Source of the DNA: Dehalococcoidia bacterium
GTDB taxonomy: Bacteria > Chloroflexota > Dehalococcoidia > GIF9 > AB-539-J10
Direction: 5' to 3'
DNA: 57,284 bases
Assembly: GCA_030605765.1 (NCBI GenBank)
Contig: JAUWHP010000021.1
Span: forward strand, 1 to 57,284
In this document: positions 27,900-36,977 of the stretch, piece by piece
Layout: each line of letters starts with the position of its first letter
Numbering within the stretch: position 1 is the first letter of the stretch
Program-made: the position numbers and the translations under genes
Notes under the pieces: model-generated
The model's database searches: none
Told to the model about the DNA's origin: nothing
The model's input: the letters and a program-made list of their open reading frames with translations, nothing else

Positions 27900-28394
27900 T
27901 TGAAAAGCTTTTCCCTGAAGAAATTGTGGCTAATGGCGGGCATCTCCGTCAAGGAGTTCTTCACCTTTGAACAAAATGCCAGAGGCAGAAGAAAGCGAAA
28001 AGAGGTACTTATACTAGCAGGGATATCCTGTGCCCTGCTGGTCAGCGCTATTGTCATCGGAATTAGTGACAATATACCGGGCTTGGTTCTGTGCTACCTG
28101 GCAACTGTCACACTGATTGTTGCACCGGTGCGTGCCTGGAGAAAAACAAGAAAATTCTTAATCCTGCTGGGTGCATCAGCACTGGGATTCTTTGTCTTTG
28201 TTCTTCTACACAACGCCTTTTATGCCATAACCATACTTACCAGCCACATTGCCGCATTAAGCCATCTAATGGAAGCCTTGCATGTAATATCCTTCATTAT
28301 TGCTGTTTTGCTGTGTCCAGCCGCTTTTCTGATAGGAGCTGTAGGTAGCATAGTCTGCGCCATCAGAGGGCGGAAGAAACAAGTAATCGGATAA
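27900..28394 (+). CDS. Hypothetical integral membrane protein
   Basis: 164 aa with about four hydrophobic helices and no recognisable motif. The start is uncertain (TTG 27900 or ATG 27933), and a strong SD serves a 7-codon mini-ORF just upstream. Confidence 0.4.
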   Translation: MKSFSLKKLWLMAGISVKEFFTFEQNARGRRKRKEVLILAGISCALLVSAIVIGISDNIPGLVLCYLATVTLIVAPVRAWRKTRKFLILLGASALGFFVFVLLHNAFYAITILTSHIAALSHLMEALHVISFIIAVLLCPAAFLIGAVGSIVCAIRGRKKQVIG

Positions 28395-28528
28395 TTCCAA
28401 CTCATACTCTCAAAGCCTATTTTCCCAACTTCAGCGGCTACGATAACAAAGTGGCCACTTTCACCCTATAATCATTAACCATCAAATCGCACCATGCCAT
28501 GTTCAGGGCATAATGCTAAAATAGATAC

Positions 28529-29509
28529 ATGCCAGCGAATTTACCACCACAATACTTTGAAGCTGAGAAGAGATACAGGTCAGCAAAGGATCCGGAGGAA
28601 AAAATTGAGGCTCTGGAAGCGATGCTTTCTATTATGCCCAAACATAAGGGCACAGATAAACTCCATGGAGGGCTAAGACGAAAGATTGCCAAGCTATCAC
28701 AACAAGCGGAAAGAAAAAATGCTACAGCCAGGAGAGCAGGCTTCTACATTCGCAAGGAAGGCGCCGGTCAGGTAATCATGGTGGGGGCAACCAACGTAGG
28801 GAAATCACAGCTACTAGCAGCAGTCACCGAGGCATCCCCTGAAATTGCCCCGTATCCCTTTACCACTCAAACTCTTATTCCAGGAATGATGAAGTTCGAG
28901 AATATTCAGGTTCAACTGATTGATACACCACCCTTGGGGCACAGGAATGTGCGGATATTGTTAGCTAACACACTCAGAATTGCTGACCTTATTGCCATTG
29001 TAATAAATCTGGGAGTCGAGCCAATAAACCAGGTGGAAGCCACTCTACATGGATTAGGAGAAGCAAGGATAGAGCCTGCAACAGATAATACTGGAGAAGC
29101 AGCTTCAGGAAGCTACCAAAAGAAAATGTTGATCATCGGCAATAAGAATGATACACAAGGTTCAAATAATAACTGGGCAAAATTGAATTCGCAATATAAT
29201 GCCTTGTTTCCTGTGATTTCGGTGTCTGCTAGAGAAGGAACCGGCTTAGATGAGCTGCGAGAAACAATTTATAAAGCTTTGAACATTATCCGAGTCTACA
29301 CTAAAACGCCTGGAAGCAAAGCGGATTTATCTGACCCTGTAATTTTAAAGAAACTCAGCACTGTGCAGGAAGCTGCTGAATCCATTCACAAAGACTTTAA
29401 AGACAAATTGAAATACACTATGGTTTGGGGTTCAGGAAAATATGATGGGCAGAAGGTACGCAAAGAGCATATACTCCGCGATGGCGATATAGTTGAGTTT
29501 CATATATAA
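28529..29509 (+). CDS. DRG/Rbg-like (Obg-superfamily) GTPase with C-terminal TGS domain
   Basis: N-terminal helical segment, P-loop GATNVGKS, DTPP, NKND, and a TGS-like tail ..RVYTKTPG..VWGSGKYDGQKV..DGDIVEF. Confidence 0.75.
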   Translation: MPANLPPQYFEAEKRYRSAKDPEEKIEALEAMLSIMPKHKGTDKLHGGLRRKIAKLSQQAERKNATARRAGFYIRKEGAGQVIMVGATNVGKSQLLAAVTEASPEIAPYPFTTQTLIPGMMKFENIQVQLIDTPPLGHRNVRILLANTLRIADLIAIVINLGVEPINQVEATLHGLGEARIEPATDNTGEAASGSYQKKMLIIGNKNDTQGSNNNWAKLNSQYNALFPVISVSAREGTGLDELRETIYKALNIIRVYTKTPGSKADLSDPVILKKLSTVQEAAESIHKDFKDKLKYTMVWGSGKYDGQKVRKEHILRDGDIVEFHI

Positions 29510-29548
29510 CTCAAGCTCCTCATCCTTGGTATTGTGGTGAAATAAAGT

Positions 29549-30154
29549 TCATGTTGTAATTTGGTATAACCCTTCTGCCAGAGCTTCGATGTAGGCTCTG
29601 TTTTCAAGTTTCAGTCTCCACTTAGGTGGGATAGCATTTACGCCAAGGTATGCTCCTGAGATAGCCCCGGTCATAGAAGCTATGGTATCCGTATCGCCAC
29701 CCAGGCTTACGGCATAAGTTATACAATCTTTATAAGACTTCGGTTGCTTCAGGAAGCAGTATATAGCAGTTGGCACTGATCGCGGTGCCTCTATGCCATT
29801 TCCAAGCACAACAACAATCTGCTGCCTATCCTGCTCATCCAACAACTTTCTCATACTGGCTAACTTTTCCCTGTATATCTGGCTCTGAGCGAACTTCTGG
29901 AGCTTTAGAATAAAGGCATCCCGATCAATCTCCTCTCGTGGAGCTATGTTAAGGGCTAAGGCTACAGCGTAAGCCTGGAGGGCTGCTCCCTCTTTGCCTA
30001 ATTCATGGGAATGAGTGATAGAGCTCGATTTGTAGGCGATCTCTCGCAACTTCGCTGAGTTGCAGTAGTATAGAAGCCCTATCGGTGCTACCCTCATGGC
30101 TGCACCATTGCCGAAAGAACCGCCAGTATAAATCTTGCTTGCGGCGCTATGCTC
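29549..30154 (-). pseudogene. ADP-ribosylglycohydrolase family, N-terminally truncated
   Basis: ..GGSFGNGAAMRVAPIG.. and the C-terminal GGDTDTIASMTGAISGAY motif are present. An in-frame TGA at 30155-30157 closes the frame, and only ~140 nt remain before the neighbouring gene, so about 100 N-terminal residues are missing. Confidence 0.6.
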
Positions 30155-30293
30155 TCAGTATTTTCATGGTAATGCTCCACATAATTACCAAAGACTGTTA
30201 GCCTGGTATGTTTCAGCACTACCACAAGGTTTTCCCTGTCACCGGTCTCACCACACACCCAGGATACAAATCCTTTCAGTGCGGTTTGAAGAG

Positions 30294-30809
30294 CTAATCC
30301 GTCAATGTTTCATAACAGACTATCTCTTCAAGAGATTTGCGTGTTTTCACCTTCCTCCCGTTCTTGGGAAAACCTAAAGGGAAAAGAGTAACCACTTTAT
30401 ATTTGTCCGGAATTTCAAGAATCTCCCTCACTCCCTCCTGGGAAAAAGCACCCAGCCAACAAGTTCCCAACCCTTCCTCTACAGCAGCCAGAGTCATATG
30501 GGTCACAGCTATGGCCAGGTCCACAGGATAACTCGGGACTCCGCAGCCCATAACATATTCTGGCTCGGTAGCCACAGCAGCAATAACTACGGGTGCTTCA
30601 CCAACAAAAGTTTGACCATTTGCCGCCTGGGCTAGTTCCTGACGTCGTTTGCTTTCCCTCACCACCACAAATTTCCATGCTTGCCTGTTACGTGCTGAGG
30701 GAGCTAAACGAGCTGCCTCTAGAACATTTCTCAACTTCTCTTCCGGTACAGGTCTGTCTTCATAAGCACGAACACTTTGCCTCTTTTTAATAGCTTCCTT
30801 CAATTCCAT
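30294..30809 (-). CDS. Nitroreductase family protein
   Basis: MELKEAIKKRQSVRAY..LEAARLAPSARNRQAWKF.. is the classic nitroreductase N-terminus. The internal ATG 30809 is preferred over 30857. Confidence 0.8.
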   Translation of the reverse strand: MELKEAIKKRQSVRAYEDRPVPEEKLRNVLEAARLAPSARNRQAWKFVVVRESKRRQELAQAANGQTFVGEAPVVIAAVATEPEYVMGCGVPSYPVDLAIAVTHMTLAAVEEGLGTCWLGAFSQEGVREILEIPDKYKVVTLFPLGFPKNGRKVKTRKSLEEIVCYETLTD

Positions 30810-30947
30810 TTTAACTCCTCTGTTTAGTTGGTAACGTTTCTGCTTTCTTAGCTTCACTCACTTCTTATCCAGCAACCCTTTCAACTTCTATGCTTAAGAC
30901 TGGGCTTGCCCCCTGCTAAGAACTATACTATATCAGGAGTTAGCCAC

Positions 30948-31097
30948 ATGGCAAGAGCCGACTTCAAAAGAGAATTCAACCAATCATACTATCCTCCTGC
31001 AAAAGAAGGAATGGTAGTTAGTGTTCCCTAAATAAACTTTCTAATGCGCGGAGCTTATTTCGTTGGAGAAGGCGAGGCTGGCCACAGGCTAAGGTAA
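30948..31097 (+). pseudogene. GyrI-like small-molecule-binding protein, N-terminal fragment with in-frame stop
   Basis: MARADFKREFNQSYYPPAKEGMVVSVP*INFLMRGAYFVGEGE resembles the start of GyrI-like proteins (..VP.MNFLMI.G.G..). It is interrupted by TAA at 31029 and ends after about 49 codons. Confidence 0.35.
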
Positions 31098-31113
31098 GCT
31101 GCAGGTAGTATAT

Positions 31114-31296
31114 TTGGTGAGGAGGAATTCTATGGAGGAGGTCGTCTGGCATTATAGTTCCGCTGGCGGAACAGCGAGAAAATTCAGCCGTAAGTATGAT
31201 AATATATTATTTCACTCTGAATCAAAGAGCTACAGATTTGATGCTGATGAAGTTAGAGAGGCCTGCTTGCCTTCCACTATTATCCGCCTGCTCTAA
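31114..31296 (+). pseudogene. N4/N6 DNA methyltransferase internal fragment
   Basis: VVWHYSSAGGTARKFSRKYDNILFHSESKSYRFDADEVRE resembles the central block of PF01555-type methylases. The catalytic and SAM-binding ends are absent. Confidence 0.4.
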
Positions 31297-31340
31297 AAAG
31301 ATAAGCTGAAAATCATCCTTTCCACGTAACAAGGTAGAAG

Positions 31341-32708
31341 ATGGCTGAGATAAAACTGGAGCAAGCTACCAAGCGATTAGGCGATGCGCCGTTGGGAAGA
31401 TTACTCCTCAGTTTGAGCCTACCTGGTGTGGCGTCAATGGTAACCATGGCTCTCTATAATATCATTGACACCTTCTGGGTAGCCCGCCTGGGGTATCGGG
31501 CCATCGCCGCGTTGACCATTGTCCTGCCTTACCACGTGCTAATTATTGCCATCGGGGCTGGTACTGGCATCGGGGTCAGCGCCCTTACCTCACGACGCTT
31601 TGGAGAAGGAGATATTGAGGCTACAAACCGTGTCGCTGGCCAAATTTTCCCGCTAACCGGCCTGCTCGGCAGCATCTCCCTGGCGGCCGCTGTTTTCTTC
31701 CCCCGCACTATCCTGACTCTTTGTGGCGCGACTCCCGATATTATGGATTATGCCACACAATATCTGGTAACCATCGGCTTTGGCGCGCCTTTCGTGATTT
31801 TCTCCATCGCGGCCAACAATCTGTTGCGTGGTTCAGGGGACGCCATCAGGCCCATGATTTTTATGATTACTGCCACCATTATCAACATCATCCTCGACCC
31901 ATTCATGATTTTTGGCATCGGCCTTTTCCCTGAAATGGGCGTTCGTGGAGCCGCTCTGGCTACGGTGATCTCCCAACTGTGTGCTGCCGGGCTCAGTTTC
32001 TATTACATCGTCGCCCACAAATCTGTTTACCGGATAAAACTACCGCATCTTAAGCCTAACCTGCCAGTGATACATGATATCTACCGTGTTGGCTTCCCCG
32101 CAATGGTAATGGAGACTACGGAAAGCATAACCTTTGCCCTCTTCAACTACGTTCTTTCGGCATTTGGGTCATTAGCCATTGCCGCCGCTGGCCTCGCCAT
32201 ACGTATAGCTGATCTGGCCTTTATGCCCATGTTCGGTGTTGCCCAAGGGCTTTTACCCATTGTGGGTTTTAGTTTTGGGGCTCAGCTCTGGGATCGCTTG
32301 TGGCGAGCTATTAAGTTAGCGTCAGTCAGCCTTGCCTTGACCCTGGGTATTGCCACGGTGGCATTGGCAGTTTTTTCGCCGCAGGTTATCACCATCTTTA
32401 GCGATGACCCAGAATTAATGGCCATCGCTGTACCCGCTATGCGTATTACCATATCAACGCTAGCTCTTGTTGGCCCAACGATCTTGTTTGCCACCGCTTT
32501 CCAGGGTTTATCCAAGGGCAAAGAAGCTATGATTCTTTCACTACTCCGCCAACTCGTATTCTTTGTTCCCCTATTATTGCTTCTGCCACGAATTTGGGGC
32601 ATAAACGGGGTCTGGCTTTCAATTCCGGCTACAGATATTCTGGGCTTCATTGTAGCAGGGCTATGGCTGTTCAGAGAATATAAGCTACAGCAGCAGAAAT
32701 GTGTGTGA
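31341..32708 (+). CDS. MATE family efflux transporter
   Basis: 455 aa, 12 hydrophobic segments, N-terminal ..PGVASMVTMALYNIIDTFWVARLG.. typical of MATE/NorM. Confidence 0.85.
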   Translation: MAEIKLEQATKRLGDAPLGRLLLSLSLPGVASMVTMALYNIIDTFWVARLGYRAIAALTIVLPYHVLIIAIGAGTGIGVSALTSRRFGEGDIEATNRVAGQIFPLTGLLGSISLAAAVFFPRTILTLCGATPDIMDYATQYLVTIGFGAPFVIFSIAANNLLRGSGDAIRPMIFMITATIINIILDPFMIFGIGLFPEMGVRGAALATVISQLCAAGLSFYYIVAHKSVYRIKLPHLKPNLPVIHDIYRVGFPAMVMETTESITFALFNYVLSAFGSLAIAAAGLAIRIADLAFMPMFGVAQGLLPIVGFSFGAQLWDRLWRAIKLASVSLALTLGIATVALAVFSPQVITIFSDDPELMAIAVPAMRITISTLALVGPTILFATAFQGLSKGKEAMILSLLRQLVFFVPLLLLLPRIWGINGVWLSIPATDILGFIVAGLWLFREYKLQQQKCV

Positions 32709-32954
32709 TCCGGTGTGCCTGTCCTGAAAACCAGTTCCAAGCAGACTGAGCTATCAGAAGACGCCACCCGCCCAGCGGATCAGCCTAGTTAGTCGGCATA
32801 AGCTCCCAATCCATTCTCAAACTCCGCTGAGCCGATAGATCTGAGCACCATATCCAGGCTATTCCATACACTATGGTGAAAAATGTAGAGGGACAGAATT
32901 GTCTGGTATTCTTTCCCAGAATATGAACCCTATTCATGCTTAGAGCTAATAGAA

Positions 32955-33719
32955 TTAGGTTAACATATATCCACCATCAACAAGAATGCACGAACCGGTG
33001 GTGAAACTAGAAGCTGGAGAGGCAAGATAGATCGCTGCTCCTTTAAGCTCATTTGCCTGTCCTGGCCTCTTCGTGGGCGTATTTCTTATATCCCTCTTGC
33101 CCTCCTGTGTAGCAAGGTATTGATGGGTCATAGGGGTGTCAATAAAACCAGGAGCTATAGAATTTACCTGAATATTGTAGCGCGCCAGTTCTAAGGCTAG
33201 CGCCTTCGTCAACTGAAGTACAGCTCCTTTGCTTACACAGTATTCAGCCGAGTCATCCATTACAATAAAAGAGCATATCGAGGCTATGTTTATTATCTTC
33301 CCACTATTTTGGTTCATCATTTCCTTCGCCGCTGCCCGAGAACATAAAAACACCCCTCTTGCGTTTATATTCATGACCCTGTCCCAATCTGCATCGCTCA
33401 TCTCAGTGACAGGTTTCCCAGACTCTCCCACCCCGGCGTTGTTGACCAAAATGTCCACCCTGCCAAATTCTTTCACAGCGGTGCCAATCATGTTGTCTAC
33501 CTCACTAGCATCAGTAACATCGCACCTAATGGGCACAGCCCTAACACCCAATTTCTCTATCTCGCAGCAAGTCTCCTGGCATAGCTTAAAGCGTCTGGCA
33601 CATATGACAATGCTAGCGCCTGCTTCAGCTAGACCCCCAGCAATCGCCCGGCCGATGCCGCTATTCCCCCCAGTGACCACTGCCACTTTACCGCTTAAAT
33701 CAAATATATCCAGCTTCAT
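32955..33719 (-). CDS. Short-chain dehydrogenase/reductase (SDR)
   Basis: TGGNSGIGRA cofactor motif directly after the internal ATG 33719 (AGGAGG SD upstream), NNAG, and catalytic YCVSK. Confidence 0.85.
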   Translation of the reverse strand: MKLDIFDLSGKVAVVTGGNSGIGRAIAGGLAEAGASIVICARRFKLCQETCCEIEKLGVRAVPIRCDVTDASEVDNMIGTAVKEFGRVDILVNNAGVGESGKPVTEMSDADWDRVMNINARGVFLCSRAAAKEMMNQNSGKIINIASICSFIVMDDSAEYCVSKGAVLQLTKALALELARYNIQVNSIAPGFIDTPMTHQYLATQEGKRDIRNTPTKRPGQANELKGAAIYLASPASSFTTGSCILVDGGYMLT

Positions 33720-34200
33720 ATTCCATCCTCCTGATATGATTAGCTTAGTATAGCATTTCATAACGAACTGAACTGAATCAGCCTTAGGCAAAGCTTCATC
33801 CATCATCAAATCTCGTGTGGCCCACTGATAGCTATTATCATCTACAAACCACCATCCCTACCCATAAGATATTCCTGCAGCAGTTACTTCGTTTGCCCAT
33901 CAAATACAATCTTAGCCTCACAATTGCCCTCCACAATTGCCTTCACAATCATAGTTTCCCCATGTGCATCGGCATAGCCGATGCGGGGTAAATCGGGCAA
34001 TCTCAGCTCGGAGCTGCCAATTTCGTTCACTACTGTGACAAGGGATAGACTGTTGAGGGAGGCTGTTGGTGCCTTCGAGTATCCAACAAACTTTTGCAGT
34101 GTCATCTGGTAAAATGATACTGTGTTTGGTGAAGTTCCACCTGGGCAGGAGTCAATAGAATTCGCAACTAAGCAACCTAAATTCTCCTGTCTTTGCACCT

Positions 34201-34285
34201 GGGGGAGTGTCGGAATTGGCAGACGAGCATGACTTAGGATCATGTGCCGCAAGGCGTGGGGGTTCGAGTCCCCCCTTCCCCACCA
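34201..34285 (+). tRNA. tRNA-Leu (anticodon TAG), CCA encoded
   Basis: Hand-folded: acceptor GGGGGAG/CTTCCCC, D-arm GGAATTGGCAGA, anticodon stem CATGA/TCATG with loop CTTAGGA, long variable arm, T-arm GGGGG-TTCGAGT-CCCCC, discriminator A plus CCA. Confidence 0.9.
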
Positions 34286-34764
34286 AGGGTCTCAATAGGT
34301 AGAACTCCCACTTGTTCACTCGATGGCATACCTTGTGGTATCGGCAGATTATAGTGTACTGTAACCTGCTCTTTATTCACCTCTAATCGTTTTGTGAATG
34401 AGCGCAGGAAAGCCTTCCTCTCGGTGAAGTCAGCCTCTTCAAGCAAGCCTCGCAGGCCCTGGGCATAGGTTTTCACTATAGCTACGTCCACCTGCTCAAC
34501 ACCCTGGGCTATCACCTCGGCTTCTATCTCAACCCTGGCCTTACCGAGTTCGTCCTGACGGGCCTTCAGTTCTTTGATCCTGGGTGCCAGGTCATCAAGC
34601 TCAAGTTTTCCCGTTTCTGGAGCATCGTAAAGCCTGGACAATCCCACGCTGATGTCCCTTAGTTCAGCGTTGCTGACATCCATCCTGTCCTTCAGCCCGC
34701 CTGAGGCAGATAGGTTGAGAATGGAGATGGCTTGGTTAATGTCATTGTTAAGCCGCAGGCCCAC
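34286..34764 (-). pseudogene. Large serine recombinase, C-terminal coiled-coil fragment only
   Basis: ..LSRLYDAPETGKLELDDLAPRIKELKARQDEL..FTERKAFLRSFTKRLEVNKEQVTVHYNLP matches the tail of large serine recombinases. The resolvase catalytic domain and zinc ribbon are missing. The ORF runs antisense into the tRNA. Confidence 0.6.
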
Positions 34765-34875
34765 AGAAAATATCGCCAGCTAATAAGGTTTGAGCCGCTA
34801 CTGCTTGTTGAGGGGAAGCTTCAGAAAAGGGATGGTACAGTCAATATCGTAGCCCAGCGGTTCATGGCTCTACGC
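34732..34875 (+). pseudogene. DNA polymerase III alpha (DnaE/DnaE2) extreme C-terminal fragment
   Basis: VNVIVKPQAHRKYRQLIRFEPLLLVEGKLQKRDGTVNIVAQRFMAL resembles the OB-fold tail of DnaE-type polymerases. Only about 47 codons are present. Confidence 0.4.
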
Positions 34876-35824
34876 CAGCATTGTTCACACCTCTCTCCCT
34901 CTCCCGAGCTTCCAGATAGTCAGGGAACAAATGTGGCTGAGATTTCATCAGCCTGCCGATGTCACGAGCATTTCTGATTCCGTAATCGCCATAGCAGTTA
35001 TTGAACAGGACATGAAGTTGCCGAACCTTTGAGGCAAGCTCAGCCAGTTTCGGCAGCCACTCACCAAGCTCTTCATCGTCATAAATATACTTAAAGCGCT
35101 CAACAGCACTTATGCCTTTCTTCTGCCAGTTATCCCTGTTTCTACCATGGAAACGAACAACGCCGATGTCTGAAGTTGCCTCAACAACTGGCGGCACCGA
35201 TGACTTAAAGCCCTGAGGCTCATCAACACAGACGTAGATTAAGTTATTCTCCCTGAGAAAATCCAGCGTATCTTGCCTCCTGCTTTCATCAAGCCATGCC
35301 CCGTTCCGAAATTCAATTGCCAACCTGAACTGGGGCAATTTGTGCTTGCATTCCAGCATGTATTCCTTCGAAGTGTCGCCTGGGTAAAACCACTCGGGAA
35401 ATTGAAACAGGATAGTGCCCAGCTTGCCGGCGCTATCCAGGGGCAGTAACGCTTCACCGAATCTTTGCCACAGATGGTCTCTGATGCTGGCAGGGAGGTC
35501 ACGATAATACAGGTTCGCTTTGCCAAGTGACGATACCATTTGCCGCAGGTCGGCGGGCAAAGCCTCAAGCTTTGTCGGATGCTGGGTGAATAGTCTGAAA
35601 GCCTTGACGTTGAAGGTGAAATTTGACGGCGTTCGCTCCGCCCAGAGCCTTGCTGTTCGCTCCGCCGGCATTGAGTAATAAGTGCTGTCAACCTCGACCA
35701 GCAAAAAGCGACGTGCGTAATGCTGGAGCCGCCTCTCAGCAGTATTCGCTTCTCCGGGATAGAAATCCGTAGCCAGAAGCGTCGGGTCAGTCCAGGAGCA
35801 AGTGCCAATCGATATCTCAGCCAT
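34862..35824 (-). CDS. DUF72 (UPF0759, YecE-like) protein
   Basis: IGTCSWTDPTL..FYP......RLQHYARRFLLVEVDSTYYSMP is the DUF72 N-terminal signature. 320 aa; the ATG shares one base with the upstream stop. Confidence 0.75.
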   Translation of the reverse strand: MAEISIGTCSWTDPTLLATDFYPGEANTAERRLQHYARRFLLVEVDSTYYSMPAERTARLWAERTPSNFTFNVKAFRLFTQHPTKLEALPADLRQMVSSLGKANLYYRDLPASIRDHLWQRFGEALLPLDSAGKLGTILFQFPEWFYPGDTSKEYMLECKHKLPQFRLAIEFRNGAWLDESRRQDTLDFLRENNLIYVCVDEPQGFKSSVPPVVEATSDIGVVRFHGRNRDNWQKKGISAVERFKYIYDDEELGEWLPKLAELASKVRQLHVLFNNCYGDYGIRNARDIGRLMKSQPHLFPDYLEARERERGVNNAGVEP

Positions 35825-36339
35825 CAGATATTTTCCCCCTGGAAACTGCCCTGATAGCCTTCAGCTACCTCATGGCTCAGGCACAAGAAAATAAGCTGAA
35901 CGATGCGAGCATCTTTGCTCAGGTGAAACCCACCTGGATTGTACACAACCATGAGAGATTGCGACCTGCCTGAATAACCGGCATCCCAGACTGCAGTGTG
36001 AACGCTGACTCCACAGCGCAGAAGGCTGGACCGTGGCAGCGCCAGTGCAACCATGTTCCTGGGAAGATGCATTACCTCATTGTAGGTAACAAGATAGCAA
36101 CCAGGAGATAGATCGATGCCACCGTCAGGGTCAAAAGGAAGCGGCGAAGCGTCAGAAAGGACTCTTTCATGATTGTCTACGGGCATGCTGCCCCGAGAAG
36201 AGAACACAAATAGCTCTCTCACGGTCAGGTCTATGCCATTGGGCTGGAGCTGCTGCCCTATGTCATGCAAGTTGTGCACAAGTGGAGGATGTGCTCCAAG
36301 CAAGCTCAGAATGTCTTCTCTCGAAAGGACGCCAAACAT
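35824..36339 (-). CDS. dUTPase / dCTP-deaminase-superfamily protein (archaeal-type dUTPase-like)
   Basis: LQPNGIDLTV, PRSSLLRCGV, VWDAGYSGRS, ARIVQLIF are the jelly-roll motifs of the DCD/DUT family. Internal ATG 36339 preferred. Confidence 0.7.
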   Translation of the reverse strand: MFGVLSREDILSLLGAHPPLVHNLHDIGQQLQPNGIDLTVRELFVFSSRGSMPVDNHERVLSDASPLPFDPDGGIDLSPGCYLVTYNEVMHLPRNMVALALPRSSLLRCGVSVHTAVWDAGYSGRSQSLMVVYNPGGFHLSKDARIVQLIFLCLSHEVAEGYQGSFQGENI

Positions 36340-36977
36340 TGCCCTATTGATCAGGCCCGGTGATGTCCCGGCCCATCTATCACAGTATAGACCAGGATGA
36401 AGCACCAGGCAAGAACGGGTAGCACTACAGACATTTCATCAGTAGCGGGGTTTATCCCCGCCTGGGGGGTGGGAGACAAGCCCCAGCCCTGCTGCCTTTT
36501 CTCCCTCGCCGTCTGAAGCCTCTCGGAATACAGAATCACTGAAAATATGCCCTTTCGGCGTTAAAATGGAAGAAAAAGGCTGCCGCTCCCCCTTCCCTCC
36601 TGCTTATGTCCTGACCAGGCGGCCATACCTGCCGCTGCTGTATTTGTTGACCGGCCTTCTATGATGTAAAGACAAATTCTTCTTATTATTGTTTATATCT
36701 TCTATGTCAGTCTCTGTAGTAGTCTCTGTTAATGATTTGCTAAACTTTGACATTTCCTTTTGCTGAACTTCGACATATCGTTTTGCCAGGCTCAGACTCA
36801 GGCTCAGCAGCCTGTAAAAGCAAACTCAGCGTTTTGCCCAGGGCATCAGCCTTAACCCTGAAGTGCATGGTTGGGCTGCCGTTAGCCTTCTTGATAGTGA
36901 TAAAGGTATGGCTACGCAATATATGTCAGGAGTACAGCAGTAAAATTGTTTTAGCTCAGGATATAAACCCGGCACAG

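Noticed and set aside
33884-34252. 122-aa minus-strand ORF in the track.
   Set aside because: Its first ~17 codons are the antisense translation of tRNA-Leu. The remainder (possible ATG 34105, 73 aa) has no motif, no clear SD and no support beyond being open, so it was not called.
35239-35808. 189-aa alternative-frame ORF inside the DUF72 gene, on the same strand.
   Set aside because: The overlapping frame carries the clear DUF72 signature, whereas this one is Arg/Ser/Cys-rich with no motif. It is a typical shadow ORF of a GC-richer gene.
36587-36597. TCCCCCTTCCC resembling the tRNA-Leu 3' end (TCCCCCCTTCCCC) as a possible attR, and CCCACCAAAGG at 38829-38839 as another.
   Set aside because: These matches are short and low-complexity C/T runs, so they are easily chance. 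They are mentioned only as places to look if a proper repeat search is run.
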